From NCBI GenBank assembly GCA_965112735.1, contig OZ218953.1, forward strand, positions 1,798,001 to 1,862,000: DNA of 64,000 bases, written 5' to 3'. Position 1 is the first letter of the stretch, and each line of letters opens with the position of its first letter. This stretch comes from Phaeosaccion multiseriatum (Eukaryota; Protista; Ochrophyta, other classes). The position numbers and the translations under genes were made by a program. This document shows, piece by piece, positions 14,708 to 28,144 of the stretch. The notes under the pieces are model-generated. The model did no database searches and was not told the DNA's origin. It saw only the letters and a list, made by a program, of their open reading frames with translations.

Positions 14708-17700
14708 ATCGCCAACTGCTCCTGCCGCTGCTGGTCCCATCGTCGGAAGCAGCTCACAAATGCTGCCGGCTCCTGCCCGGACATGATCTCCTGCACCTCC
14801 AACGGACGCAGAGCCCTCTCCCACCAGGAGGAGGAGGCGGAGGAAGAGGAGCTGACTCCTTGCTCTTGCTCTTGCTCTTGCTCTTGCTCTCGCCCTTGCC
14901 CTTGCCCTTGCCCTTGCTCTTGCTCTTGCTCATGCCTTTGCCCTTGGTCGCACTTGTCACTCTCTTCGCTCTCCTCGCGAGCTTGCTTCTCCTCCTGCTC
15001 CTGCTGCTCCTGCTCTTCTTTCTCCGCCTCGGCCATCCGGACCACCGCCTTCGCGAACCCGTGTGCTATTTCCAGGCCCAGCCTCCTTCCGGCCTCACTG
15101 GTCTGTGCCCCATGCCAGCAGTACACTACAGATCGTCCCGTGTCCAGCACAAAGCTCTCGTGCGGTGCCAGGTCGAGTTGGGTAAACACCTCCCCGGCCC
15201 CAATCTCACGCACGAACATGGCCCCTGCTATCCGCTCGATGTGTGATACCTTGAACAGGCACACGGGCCGAGTCAGAGCGAGGGTCGCTGCTGTTGTATC
15301 ACCAACTGTTACTGCAGTGGAGTCCGCTCGAGCGCCGCCCTTCTTCCCTCGTGAGTGCACACTACTGTCGAGAGAGAGAGGGAGAGGCGCCTCCTCCTCC
15401 TTCTCCTCCTTGCCACTGCCGCTTCGGACGAGAGCGAGGAAGGAACGCTCGTCCTTCACTTCCCTTGACCGCACTTCGCATTGCTGTATCACCAACTGCT
15501 GCTGCTGCTGCTGCTGCTGCTTCGAGCTCGGGGCAGACAGAGCCGAAATGCTCGCCCCCTCCTTAGCGGTAGCAGCAGCAGCTCTCTTCTGCCTCAACAG
15601 CGCTAGGGCGAGGCGGTTGGGGGTTGAGACGCCTTCTCCGCTTGTTCCGACGGCGGTGGCGGTGGCCGCAATGGCTTGCTCGGCGGCGGCCCGCACCGAG
15701 AGCAGAGAAAGAGGCCCGTGCCATACCACCAACTTGACCACAGACTTGAGCCACCAGGCGGAAACAGAGCGTGAGACCGAGGGTGATGAGGGTGATGAGG
15801 GTGAGGCGAAGGCGGAGTGAGGCGGAGGCTGCTACTGGGTGGAGAGAGATGGAAAGCCATGTGAAGCGGAGGGTGTTACTAGGCGGAGAGAGATGAAAAT
15901 CATGTGAGGCGGAGGCGGAGGCAAAGGTGCGTGTGAGGGTGAGGGTGATGAGGTTGATGAGGGTGATGATGGAGAGTGAGGCGGAGGGTAAAGCCGATGC
16001 GGAGGGTAAAAGTGGAGGTGGAGGGCGAGGGCGAAGGTGAGGGTGATGCTAGTAAGAAAGTAAAAAGGGTGAGGGTGATGCCTCTTACCTCCTCCACACT
16101 CTCCGCCAGCACGTAGCTGCGGTGCGGGGAGAGGCCGTGCAGGAGAAGGGTCGGGGAGTGCTGCTCCACCATCATCACTGCACCCATGCCCCCCTCCTCC
16201 CCCCCCTCCTCTCCTGCCCCTTCTCTCGGACTTGTTCTCCGGCTCCGGAGCTGGCCGAGGAGCTTTCCCTTCCCTGCTCGTGGCCTTTGGCGTCTGTGTT
16301 GGAGAGCAGCCCCGAGGTCGCAGTCTTGCACGGCAAACACACGGGGCCTGTCCTGATGCTGCTGTATCACCAACTGCTGCTGCTGCTGCTGCTGCTGCTG
16401 TTGTTGCTGTATCACTATCTCCTGCGACCCCCCGCGACTCCCGGGGCGGCTGTGCCTTCTTCCTCCATCCCTGCGAGTGGAGTGACAAGAGAGGCATGCA
16501 CCGACAGTGAAGAGGAGTGTCTGGGGCGCAAGCAAGGCTCGGAGCAAAGCAAGAAAAGCCAGGCACAAGACCCCCCAAAACCAAGCAACCCAGCAACTAC
16601 AGGGTGTGCTCCTTTTGCTGCTTAGTACGTACGTTGCGAGAGCCCCGTCGAGCAAAATGAGTGTCCGGTGGAGACCATGCAGTGCCATCCTTAGAAAGGG
16701 AGGCTCTTCTCCCTGCCCGAGGGACACCAGGTCGGCATGTGGGCTCAGCTGCTTGGCGCAGAGGGACGCAAAGCCCTTCTTGGCGGAGTTGACGAGGTCT
16801 CCGATCCACACAAAGAGGGTGAGGTGAGCACCGTTCTTGCACGAGTGCAAAAGGGCTATAGCGTCGGCTGAGGTGATGTGAGGTGGTGGTGTGGTGAGGG
16901 GGGTGGGGAAAGTGGGTTGGTGTGTGTACCATGGGTATGTATGTGGTGCGCGTGGGAGGGTCGGAGCGAGCGAGGGAGAGGAGGGGAGGGACGGGGAGGG
17001 AGGAGAGAGGGACGGTGAGAGGCACAGGCAGGGCGGATCCACGCTGCCACAGATGGCAGCAGCGCAGACCCTCCCGTCCCACTGAGCCTCAGAGCGCCTC
17101 TTCTCCGATCATCCTTTTGGTGTCATTCGTGTACTGTCACTCGTGATCGTGTGGCGGTGTTTTGACAGGGTAAGCAAGTAGGCCACCAAGCATCACTCAC
17201 CTGAAGAGAGTAAGCCCACCTCGGCCTCAGGCACTAGCGCCCACTCCAGATCACTCACGATGCTGCCGCTTCCCTGCCTCCACCCCATGACCTCGATCCC
17301 CCCGCTCCCACCATCACCGGCCCCACTAGTGCCTTCGACCGCTGCTGCTGCTCCTCCTCCTGCTCCTCCTCCTGCTCCTCCTCCTGCTCCTCCTCCTGCT
17401 CCTCCTCCTGCTCCTCCCCTCCCTCCCGCCTGTACTCTCCACATGACCACCTGGGAAGTCTCATCGTCTCGCAGCAGGCGGAACGGCATTGCATGCCCAG
17501 ACATGGCGGTGTCAACTCCATCCTGAGGGCAAGCAAGAAAAGGCGAGGGCGCGACGCACAGGAGAGGAGAAGAACGGGAATCAACAAAGAACAAGGGAGC
17601 GGGGGTCAAGGAAACAACCAACGCCTTCTTTCTCCACCTCGCTAAATCTTTTCGTGTACGCAGTGTGTGGGTTTGTGCGTCTCTCCGGTTCCAATGATCC

Positions 17701-19018
17701 AGCTCTCACCTCTGCCATCTTCCGACTGCCGCAGGAGCTGCTGCACATTCGCTCCACCTCACTCTCCACCTCCCTCTGCTTGATGCCCTTGGCCGCCGTG
17801 GCCGCGAGGGTGGCAGCGCTATCCCCTGTCTCTACCCCCAGCCCCACAGAGTCCGCTGTCTTGGAGCCGAACTGACGCCAGCGCTGGAGGAAGAGCACGG
17901 CCTTCTCATCGTAGGGCGACCCCGAGGGCTCCAGGCAAGTCAAGATGGGAGATGAGGCCAGGGTCAGGAGTGCAGCTTTGTCCTCCTGCTCCCCCTTCTC
18001 TCCTCTCTGCTGCTGCTGTTGCTGCTCCTTCTGCTGCTCCTGCTGTTCCTGCGCCACGAATGCCTTGGCGGCTTGTTTGATGCTCTCCCGGAGCGCCCCG
18101 GTGGGTACGTTCTTGCCGATCCACAGAAAGAGCAGGCTGCCCGGACAGACGACCAAGAACGCCGCTTCGGCTTCTTGCAAAAGGGCGCCGTCGAACTGAT
18201 AGGCAGAGCTGATGAGCTCCCAGCTGCTGCTGTGTGTAACGGCATCCTCTCCCACCGACCCATCCTTCTCCCGTCCTTCCGTCTGTCCCATCCCAGCGTG
18301 TAATGGGCGGTACTTGAGAAGTCTTGCGGGCTGGGAGCCCGTCCGAGCACGAGTACGTGGTCTCAATGCTTCTGCTTCTACTGCTTCTAGGGCCTGCCAA
18401 AAGGCTGTAACGACGCCCGCCTCTGGTGCTTCAGGCGCGAAGCTTGGGCTCGAGTGCAGAGGGCCAATTGCATCCCCACCACCTCCCTCCTTCTGCTGGC
18501 ACTGCTCCAGCACGACGAAGTGCCCTACCCATTCGTGCAGTTCGTCGTGTGATATCTCCTGGCGGAGGTCGAAGAGACAGAGAGAGAGAGTGCACGAGTG
18601 CATGAGTACGGAGGTAGAAATAGAGGGATTGACTGCGATGGCTTGGGGGTCGTAGAGCACGCACCTTTCCCAGATTTTTGGCAAGGTTCCTTCCAAAGGG
18701 ACCACACTCGCTACCCATGAACACTACCACGTCTCTTCGGACCACGTCCACATACACGAAAGACGAGAGGGCGTGGAGAGAAGAAGCCCGTAGAGGCACG
18801 CGCTCAAGCGTCTTCGATACGAGCTCAAGCAGCAAAGGCTGGCAGGGGAACAGGTCCGTCACGCCTGCATGGCATCCGGGACTTGTGCTGTCGAAGGTGC
18901 CCGTGCTTGTACCGGCCCCAAAGCGATCACAGCGACCAGATGTTCTGCTGCCACTATTCTGGCCGCTGCTGCTGGGCTTGATGCAGTGGCTCGAGTCTAC
19001 ATCGATTTCAAGGTCCAT
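13540..19018 (-). CDS. Divergent gelsolin/villin-family protein with low-complexity inserts and C-terminal tandem repeats (about 6 exons)
   Basis: Several gelsolin-like blocks: ERVPLRASSLHALSSFVY..VFMGSE; FLVVCPGSLLFLWIGK; LFVWIG..KKGFAS..LGQGEEPPFL; LAPHESFVLDTGRSVVYCWHG..EIMSGQEPAAFVSCFRRWD. An upstream in-frame ATG at 19162 is an alternative start. Internal junctions are approximate. Confidence 0.75.
13626..14440. repeat. Coding tandem repeat, about 4 units of 204-207 bp (68-69 aa), A-B-A-B arrangement
   Basis: ccgaat(g/a)ggctcaccaaactcatc recurs at 13720, 13924, 14131 and 14335. Peptide core SPVET(T/S)RFAALYDEFGEPIRR. Confidence 0.95.
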
Positions 19019-19512
19019 GTCTCTCCTCTTTGAGAAGCCTACCGTAGCGTGCTCATTGGCCGATGGGGGGGTGCAATGAATAATGGTGGTTCCTATTTCC
19101 TTTTGATATTCCACCGAGATTCGATTAGAAGGTTTGCCTGTTGTAATCTCTGCCGTCGCCATCTGAAATAACCTGTGGGCTGCTTCCAATCCACACAACC
19201 AAATTCGTGCCCTCCTCTCCCCCCCTCACGTATACAGAACTACAGGTGAGGTACATAGAGAGGGGAAATAGAGGAAGGGAGGGAGAGATCATGGAAGTCT
19301 TGTCCCGAGTGTTGGCGTGGTCCCTCGCGTGTGATCTCTGTCCAAGATCTTCTCAGAAAAGGTTCTGCATCCGCTCCACCCATTTTAAACCGATCTTTCG
19401 TGCTCGACCATTCCATCATAATTCCTTTGCGCCCCCTTCCCTCATATCTACGCCGCTACTTCCGGTACACCCGTCCCATCTGGCCAGGTTTATCTTCTCG
19501 TGAAGCTTCAAG

Positions 19513-21312
19513 ATGGCTCGTGCTCCCGTAGAGCTCAAGAAGCGAGACATTGAGCACCGGAGCTCCTTCAGTGAGCTCCAGAAGGAGCGTCTGGCCTCCA
19601 AGTGCATCAAGCCCAGGTGTGTTTAGCCATGGAAATAGCCTCGGCCTGGCTGCTGCCTCAGCCAGACTCCTACCACGGGTGTTGGATTGGATTGGATCCA
19701 AGGAATGAATGTTTGCCTCAACTGCTCCCGCCAACCCAATGCTGCTGTGCTTGCCCGTTCTCTGTTCCCCTTTCCTGCAGAGTGGTCCTCGGGGACTCCG
19801 TCAGGGTCGAGGAGAAGGAGGCTTTGGGCGCGAAGGACCACCACGGTGAGGAGTGAGGGGAGACGCCCGAAGAGTCGAACCCGAAGAGTCGAGCGAAGAA
19901 TAATGGAGCTCGGGAAGGGGCCGACCGAGAGAGCGCCGCTGAGGCTCATTCTGAGGACACGCGAAAGAGAGACGAGACAGCAGTCTGTCGTGGCGGAAGT
20001 GATAGGACGAAGCCCCAGACAACTTGAATGTCCGGGCTGCTTTGAAGTCCCTTGAGGTTGCCCGAATTCTCTCTGTCCCCCCCCTTATCATCCCACCCTC
20101 GCCCCCCTCCTCTCTTCTCTTCTCTTCCGTTCTTGCGTGTCGTCATCACTTAGAGAGGATCGAGGCTCTCTTCCCCAACACGTACGGCAAGCCTCGAGTA
20201 GAGCTGCTGGAGGGGACAGAGTCGGACAAATGCACATCCCCCTTCACCATCGGAGTGGTGCTCAGCGGTGGTCAGGCACCAGGAGGACACAATGTTATTG
20301 CCGGTACGTGTAGGCATAGCAATAAGCAAAAGTACAGTGCACAGAGGCACCAAACGCACACAATGCACGCACGCATAGGGCAGGCTCTCGAAAGACCCGA
20401 TGGGAGATAGAGCTTTGCCGCCACATGACCGTTTCAAGCTGCACTCGCCCACCTGACGCCCCTCACCCCTCGCCCCTCACTCACCCCTACTATTGTCGAT
20501 TCAAGGCATCTTCGATTTTGCCCGGCGGTGCTCCTCCGAGAGCCGAGTCATTGGCTTCTTGGACGGCCCCCATGGCGTGATGAACGGCATCTACATTGAG
20601 GTTAGATAGAAGGAAGGCGTCGCCGGCCGCACCGAACTATATACTTCTGTTGTTTAGTCTGAAGAGCTCTCCTACCAGTCAGGCTGAACTGACCCCCTCT
20701 GCCGGTCACTGTGCCGGCTGTCGTGCCAGCCACCCTTACCCCTGAGCTCTGTGGGCCTTTCAACACTATTCTACTATGTTACCTACCCTCTTGTGTACCC
20801 CAACTCTGCCCCCTTCCCCCCCCCCCTCCTCTCTCCTCACGTCAGATCACCCCCGAGATTATGGACCTGTACCGCAACACGGGAGGTTTCGACATGCTCG
20901 GGTCGGGCAGACACAAGATCCACACCGTAGAACAGATGGAGGACTCTCTCTCTGTGTGCACTCAACTGGGGCTGGAGGGACTCATCGTGATTGGAGGAGA
21001 CGACTCCAACACCAATGCAGCCCTTCTTGCCGAGTTCTTTTCCCAACGAGGCAGCTCGGTCAAGGTGTGTGGCTGCCCCAAGACCATCGATGGAGACCTC
21101 AAGAATGAGTACATTCCCATCTCGTTTGGGTTCGACACGGCCATCAAGACGTTCAGCGAGGAGGTGGGCAATGTGGCTCTGGATACGCTGAGCACGCAGA
21201 AGTACTACCACTTTGTGCGTGTTATGGGCAGAGGAGCGTCCTCCATCGCGCTGGAGTGCAGTCTGCAGTGCCGGCCCAACATGTGCCTCATCAGCGAGGA
21301 GGTAAGGAGATG

Positions 21313-21371
<59 letters not shown>

Positions 21372-24227
21372 GAGTGTGTGAAGAGCCCCGACCGGCCCGT
21401 AGCTGTGCCTGAGTCTTCCTTCCTTCCTTCTTGCTGTGCTTGACATCTTGCTTGACTTGCTTGACTTGGTGTTTGCAGGTGGAGGCCAAGCACATGAGTC
21501 TGATGAAGATCACAGATGACATCGCCGACATGATCGTCAAGCGCTCCAGCAGTGGAAAGAACTACGGCGTCATCGTCATCCCGGAGGGACTCATCGAGTT
21601 CATCCCGGAGTTCAACAAGTGAGTGCGTGAGTGCGCGAGTGAATGGGTATTGTACTCGCCCTACGATGAAAGACTCTTTTGCTCGTGACCCACGGACCCA
21701 CGGCCCTGTGCTGTTCTGTCACTCACTCACTCACTCACTGACTTACCTTGCACGGCACGCCACAGGCTCATTGCTGAGATCAACGACGTGCTGGCGGCCG
21801 GCACTGACCCAACCGAGGAGGTGTGTTATACGCAATGTGATGTATTGTTGTCATGTATGCTAAGTGCAAGGTAGTCATTGTCATGACAAGTTATGGGACT
21901 ATTAAAACGACTCAAGCAACCTTTGTCCCCCTCCCCTGCCCCCATGCAGTAAGTTAGCAACTCAGCAACGTGTACCTATTTCTCCCGCTGCCTCATACAT
22001 GCATATCCAACACAGGCCGTGGTCAACAAGCTGTCGGTGGAAAGCCGAGGTGTATTCCTCTACATGCCCCCCGCCATCAAGCTCCAGCTGCTGCTCGACA
22101 GAGACCCGCACGGGAATGTGCAGGTGCGTGCGTGCGTGCGTGCGTGCATGCATGCATGTGTGTGTGTGTGGGTGCCAATGAGCGTGCCAATTTGCGGAAG
22201 TGTGGAGGAGGCCCAGCTGTGTCCTCCCCTCGCCTCCCCTCGTACACGCGTCCGATGCTGTCCCGTACCTCACCATACTGTCTGCTGTGCCGCATCGCCA
22301 ATTGCTGTGCTGTGCTGTATCACCAACTCCTATGCTGTGCTGTATCACCAACTGCTGTGCTGTACTGTGCTGTGCTGTACTGTGTGTTGTGCAGTTGGCC
22401 AAGATTGAGACGGAGCGCCTGCTAGCCATGACTGTGGAGAGCGAGCTCACCCGCCGCAGGATAGGCGGGGAGTACTCCGGGGCCTACGAGCCGCAGTTCC
22501 ATTCCTTCGGGTGCGTGTATGTGTACGACCGTAAGAGGGGGTAAAGGGGGGGAGGGGTGGCAACGGTGTTGGCAGTGGATAGGGTGGGGGGATTCCGTGT
22601 GATGCATCATTTGGGCTCCGTCTTTCCTCTCTCTCTCTCTCTCTCTCTACATGTCCATTTATCTATGTGTCTGCGCCATGGCCATGTGTGTGCCTCATCG
22701 ATGCCGGTCGTCCTCTCCCCACCTCTCCACCTTGCAGATACGAGGGGCGCTGTGCCGTGCCAAGCCACTTCGACTGCTCGTACTGCTACACGCTGGGCTA
22801 CACCGCCGCCTGCCTCATCGCCAAGGGACTCAACTCCCTCATGGCGAGCGTGCAGGTAAGTCAACAAAAGAGGGGAGGGTCTGCGTTAGGAGTAGGGGAG
22901 AGCGGGGAGGGGCGAGCGAGCGGGCAGGTCAACGTAGCAAACTAGCTACTCACTCCACCACCTTTGACACTCCCAACAGTCCTGTCTGTAACGCCGCGTC
23001 GCCCCACTCACCCCACCCCACCCACCCTCCACTCCTGTCACCGATCCACCCCACCCCGACCCTCAGAACCTCGACCTTCCCATAGAGAATTGGACCATCG
23101 GAGGCGTGCCCATCACCATGATGTGCCACATTGAGAGACGCCACGGTAAAGACAAGCCCGTCATCAAAAAGGCGTTGGTGGAGCTCAGCGGAGACCGAAG
23201 TGCTCCTTTTATGGCCTTTGCCGCCCAGAGAGAGTCGTGGATGTTCAACGACCTCTACCGCGCACCTGGACCCATTCAGTTCTCTGGACCTGGGGCTCGA
23301 GATACCAATATGACGCTCATGTACGAGCTGATGGGTCAGGAGAAGGGAGGCGATGCCACCGGGTGCAACCTCAAGCCTGATGCCGTGCCTCAGCCTAAGG
23401 TAATGTTGAGTTCAGTTTAGAAGCCGGTGGGTGGATGGGTGGGTGGGTGGCTCAATACTTGCTTTCCAGCGCTGGCCTACCCTGTGCTTCTTCGTTCTGA
23501 CGACGATTCACTTTTGCTTTGATTCTCGCGTTGCCTTTTCTCTTGCCCCTCCTTTGGAATCCTCCTCCGCCTCGGCCGTAGAGCTTCGGGTCGAAAGAGT
23601 TTTTGTTCCGCCCTGCGTCTGTGGCGGTGCGCTCCAACCTTGAGAAGGCTCGCCTCTCTTACACACCAAAGGTGTGTGTGTGTGCGTGCGTGTGAGTGCG
23701 TGCGTGCGTGAGTGTGCGTTATCGCTTGAGTGAACTGGGCCGCCGTCGACTTGTCCACTCCTCCTTTCTCTATTTGTCCCCTCCTGCTTACTCTCTGCTT
23801 CGCTGCCTCACTGACCCGCTAGCGTGGTCGCTTGTGCGTCTCTCTCGCGCGTGACTGCATGCCGTGCCCCTTGCGTCACTGCCTCCCTACCTCCCTACCT
23901 CCCTACCTCCCTACCTCCCTACCTCCCTACCTCCCCGCCCACTGCCTCCCTGTCTCTCTTACCTCTCCGCCTCTCACCCCACCCCGCTCCCCCATCCCAC
24001 CACCCCGCCCTCTAGGTGCCTCCCTCCCTCACCGCTCAGTCAGTGACGGGGGTGAGCATCTCCCTCGACGATGTGACTCAATGCTCGCGCGCCGTGGACA
24101 GGGAACCCATCTCGCGCCTCTTCCCCCTCACCTACGGCAGCAAGCTCGTGCAGATGGACAAGGGAGACATGTCCGGTGAGGGGGTCTCCTCCGACGCACC
24201 GGCCATCAAGGTGAGGGCGTGTCGTCT

Positions 24228-24261
<34 letters not shown>

Positions 24262-25372
24262 GTCGCCCTCTCGCTCCCATCACTACTCTTTCACCATGGA
24301 GCCACGCTATTTACTCACGCACTGCTCTTTCTCTTTCTCTCGTATCACAAAGGTTGGTGTCGTCTTCTGCGGGCGGCAGTCGGCGGGCGGCCACAACGTG
24401 GTCTGGGGCCTCCACTCCTTCCTCAAGGGAAACCCAAAGAGCAAGCTTGTCGGCTTTGTCGGCGGCACCCTGGGACTCTTTGAACAGACAGCAGTGGACA
24501 TTACGGACGAGCTCTTGGAGGGTTACAAGAACCAAGGAGGCTACGACCTCTTGGGCAGGACGGTGGATGCCATTCGCTCAGAGGAGCAAGTGAGCTTGGC
24601 CAGCAAGGCTTGTACGAATCTGGCGCTCGACGGTCTTGTGGTGATTGGGGGTACCACGACCCACACCGACGCCGCCTACCTCGCCGAGGCCTTCTTGGAG
24701 CAAGGTGTGTACATGTGTGTGTGTGTGTGCGTGTGTGTTTGCGTGGGTGTATGAGTTGTGCGAGTTGAAGTGTATACTGAAAGTCACCTTTCCCCCTCTT
24801 CCCCCAACACTCACACTCACCCCTCACACACTGCGATTTGAAATACTATTATCCAGGGGTCAAGACCAAGGTAGTGGGTGTGCCGTGCAGTATCAGCGGC
24901 GGCATGAAGAACGAGTTCGTGGAGGCGGCGGTGGGCACGGACACCGCTGTCAAGATCTACTCGCAGCTGGTGGGCAACACCGCCATCGATGGGGCATCGG
25001 CCAGGAAGTACTGGTACTTCATGCGGCTCATGGGACAGGTGAGTACGTAAAGATTTCGTGTCTCTCTCTCACTCCCAGTGTGTGTGAGTACGTAAAGATT
25101 TCGTGTCTCTCTCTCACTCCCTGTGTGTGTGTGTCTGTGTGTGTGAGTACGCAAGACTGCGTGTGCGTGCGTGCGTCGCTGTTTGCCTTCCTCCTTTATG
25201 TGACTCACATTATTGTGACGCCTTCCCATCTCCATCCATCCCGTGTGTGTGTGTGCCGTGTGTGTGTGTGCCGTGTGTGTGTGTGCCCTGTGTGTGTGTG
25301 CCGTGTGTGTGTGTGCCGTGTGTGTGTGTGCCGTGTGTGTGTGTGTGTGTGTGTGTGCCGTGTGTGTGTGTG

Positions 25373-25406
<34 letters not shown>

Positions 25407-25462
25407 CGTGTGTGTGTGTGCCGTGTGTGTGTGTGTGTGTGTGTGTGCCGTGTGTGTGTGTG

Positions 25463-25496
<34 letters not shown>

Positions 25497-26946
25497 CGTA
25501 TGTGTGGGTCGTCGTTCTCTACTCTCCTCATGCACTGAAACTGAACACTGAACACTGAACACAGGACCCGAGCCACATTGCGCTCGAAGTGGCTCTACAG
25601 ACGCACCCCAACGCGGTGCTCCTCACAGAGCAAGTCATGGCCCGGGGCTGGTCTCTCAGAGATGTGAGTCACGACGACAACTCAAGAGTACGCGTCTCAA
25701 CAGAGAGTCTTTAGGTTGTCGTCACCCTGCAGTGCGCTGTCGGGTTAGGCACTCAAGAGAAAAGCCAGCAGCAGACTGACTGATACCCACAACACCCATA
25801 ACACCCATAACGGATATATGCCCCACCCACCAACCCACCCACCCACCCACCCACTTATTCATTCTATAGCTGAACTGATCCCACTTTTGCTGCATGGCAA
25901 CACGACAGGTGGTGCGGCACATTGCAGACGTGGTGGTGGCTCGCTCGGAGACCAACAAGAACTTCGGCACCATCCTTGTCCCCGAGGGGCTCCTCAAGGC
26001 CATCCCGGAGATCAAGGTGCTCATCGACGAGATTGACACCATCTACGTCGAGCACTGTGGTGTCGGTGGCAGCGGTGCCCCCCCCCCACCCCCTCCCTCT
26101 CCGAAGTCGGGAGGCGGAGTAGCCCCTGCCGTCACCACCCCCAGCACGAGCCGCGGAGGAGTGCTGGAGGCCTTGTCGGTGGCCGAGGTGTCGAAGCTCC
26201 TGACGAGTTGGAGCGCGGCTCTGCTTGCCTCTCTGCCGGAGTTCATTCAGGTGGAGCTTTGCCTGGCCAGACAGTCCAACAAGAAGGTCAGGTTGTCGCA
26301 GGTACAGACAGAGAAGATGCTGGCACACTTTGTCGAGGCGGAGTTGGCGAAGCGAAAGGAGAAGGGACAGTACAAGGGAAGCTTTAGTGCGGTGTGCTCC
26401 TTCCTCGGCTACCAGGCTCGCTCTGCCCTGCCCTCCAACTTTGATTGCGACTACGGTTTCACCTTGGGCGGAGCGGCAGCCGTCCTCCTGCACCGAGGCT
26501 GTACCGGGTATCTGGCCATGGTCACCGGCCTCTCGGAGCCGGTCAAGAACTGGAAGGTCGGGGGAGTACCCCTGACCGCCCTCCTCGTGGCGGACGCAGA
26601 GGCGCGCAGCGAACAGGGGCACGTGCGGCCCCATGTCCCCTCGGGCAAGGTGAACTTGCACGGCCCCGCTATGCAAAGGCTCCAGGAACTGCTGACCACT
26701 TGTGAGAAGGAGGACCGCTACCGCAACCCCGGCCCCGTGCAGTACGAGGGCAGCACGGTGGAGTCTCGCCTCGTCACCATGAGTCTGGAGACGAGCGATT
26801 ACCTTGGCCAGCTGCAGAGGCTGAGGGCGGCGCTGACCCACATTCGCGAGAGCTGCCGCCCTGGCTGCAGCTCCAAGCTGTTGAAGTTGTCTACTTTGAC
26901 GCTGCAAGGGCTCACGGAGCTCATGGCGCTGCAAAACTCCTCCTAA
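19513..26946 (+). CDS. pfp: Pyrophosphate-dependent phosphofructokinase, internally duplicated (catalytic N-half + degenerate C-half)
   Basis: N-half [64 protein letters not shown]-half [34 protein letters not shown]. 17 inferred exons: 19513-19616, 19781-19845, 20154-20303, 20506-20600, 20846-21301, 21479-21618, 21766-21820, 22016-22123, 22395-22510, 22738-22855, 23067-23399, 23582-23671, 24016-24210, 24353-24704, 24857-25038, 25565-25663, 25909-26946. Confidence 0.95.
25241..25500. repeat. Interrupted (GT)n microsatellite with periodic CC
   Basis: ccgtgtgtgtgtgtg-type units inside pfp intron 25039-25564. Confidence 0.95.
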
Positions 26947-27054
26947 GTCAGTGAGGCAAGTGAGGGAGTGAGTGAGGATGGGTGTGATGAGTCGAGTCGA
27001 GTCAGAGGAAGAGTGTTCCTTACATACAGAGCTTCGCCGGCGGCCCTGGCTGGC

Positions 27055-27212
27055 GGCTGGCTGGATGGCTGGATGGCTGGATGGCTGGATGGCTGGATGG
27101 CTGGATCATGCTTGCTGGCTGGATGGCTGGATGGCTGGATGGCTGGATGGCTGGATCATGCTTGCTGGCTGGATGGCTGGGTGGCTGGATGGCTGGATCA
27201 TGCTTGCTGGCT
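27055..27212. repeat. (GGCTGGAT)n 8-bp tandem repeat
   Basis: Seen directly, downstream of the pfp stop. Confidence 0.9.
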
Positions 27213-28144
27213 GGCGCGAGATGGGAGTCTGTGCATCGCTTCAGAGGCAGGGGCAGAGTCCAGGGAGGGAGGCGGACGTCAACCGACACTGTGTGACAGA
27301 GGCAGGAACATGCAGGGGTGGGACAGTTTTTGGGGGTTGAGATGAGTAGACCGGGAGCGAGGCATACAATACACACCATTCATGTGGCGAGCCAATTTGG
27401 AGTCCAGTGTGCAGAAAGACGGAAGGGGGGGAGGGGGGGGGGGGGGAGGGCAATTATTGAATGGGGCAAAGGCTGGCAGATACACGCACATGCACACGCT
27501 CACGACTTTTTTCACGTGAGGATTGATTTTTGGGTGCGTTGGTATCGAGGCCTTGTGCAGTGGTTCGGAGGAGGATGAGGGGGAGATTTTTGTGGTTTGT
27601 TGGCAGCGGTTTAGCACTTATTCATGGACAGCTTCTGGATTAGTAGAAGAGGAGGTGATGAATGAGGCAAGTGCTGTTGCTGGGAGAAGAGAAGGGGAGA
27701 GAGGGCGAGGAACGCAAACAGTTCCAAAACACCGCTTTTTCACGCCAAACCTATTACGAATTTCATAACGTACACATATTATATCGGGGGCAAATATGCA
27801 AGGGAACGACTGGGTGTGAAGCAATCGGAGGGTGTGCAGGCAAGTGAGGGAGGAGCCCACCGTCCACAGTTTCAGCTTCAGTCTTTACCCCTTCTCTCCT
27901 GCACGCCCCCGAGTGGTGGCCGGCCGCGGGCGATTACTCGCACTTGCCAACACGTGCACCCACACACACACACACAGCCCATGGTTTTAAACTCAGGAAT
28001 CTTGACTGAAAGTGTATGGTAATTGTAATTGTAGTTCGTTTTATTTTTTTACAACGAGGTAGGCGCCCTTTCTCAAGGGGTAGCCAAAAAACACTCACAC
28101 AAACATAGACCAACCAACCCAATTATGGAGGGAAAACTAGACGA

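Noticed and set aside
25864-26934. Long antisense ORFs (also 482-1597, 3269-4222, 28331-29056)
   Set aside because: They are shadow ORFs opposite real GC-rich exons and show no motifs of their own.
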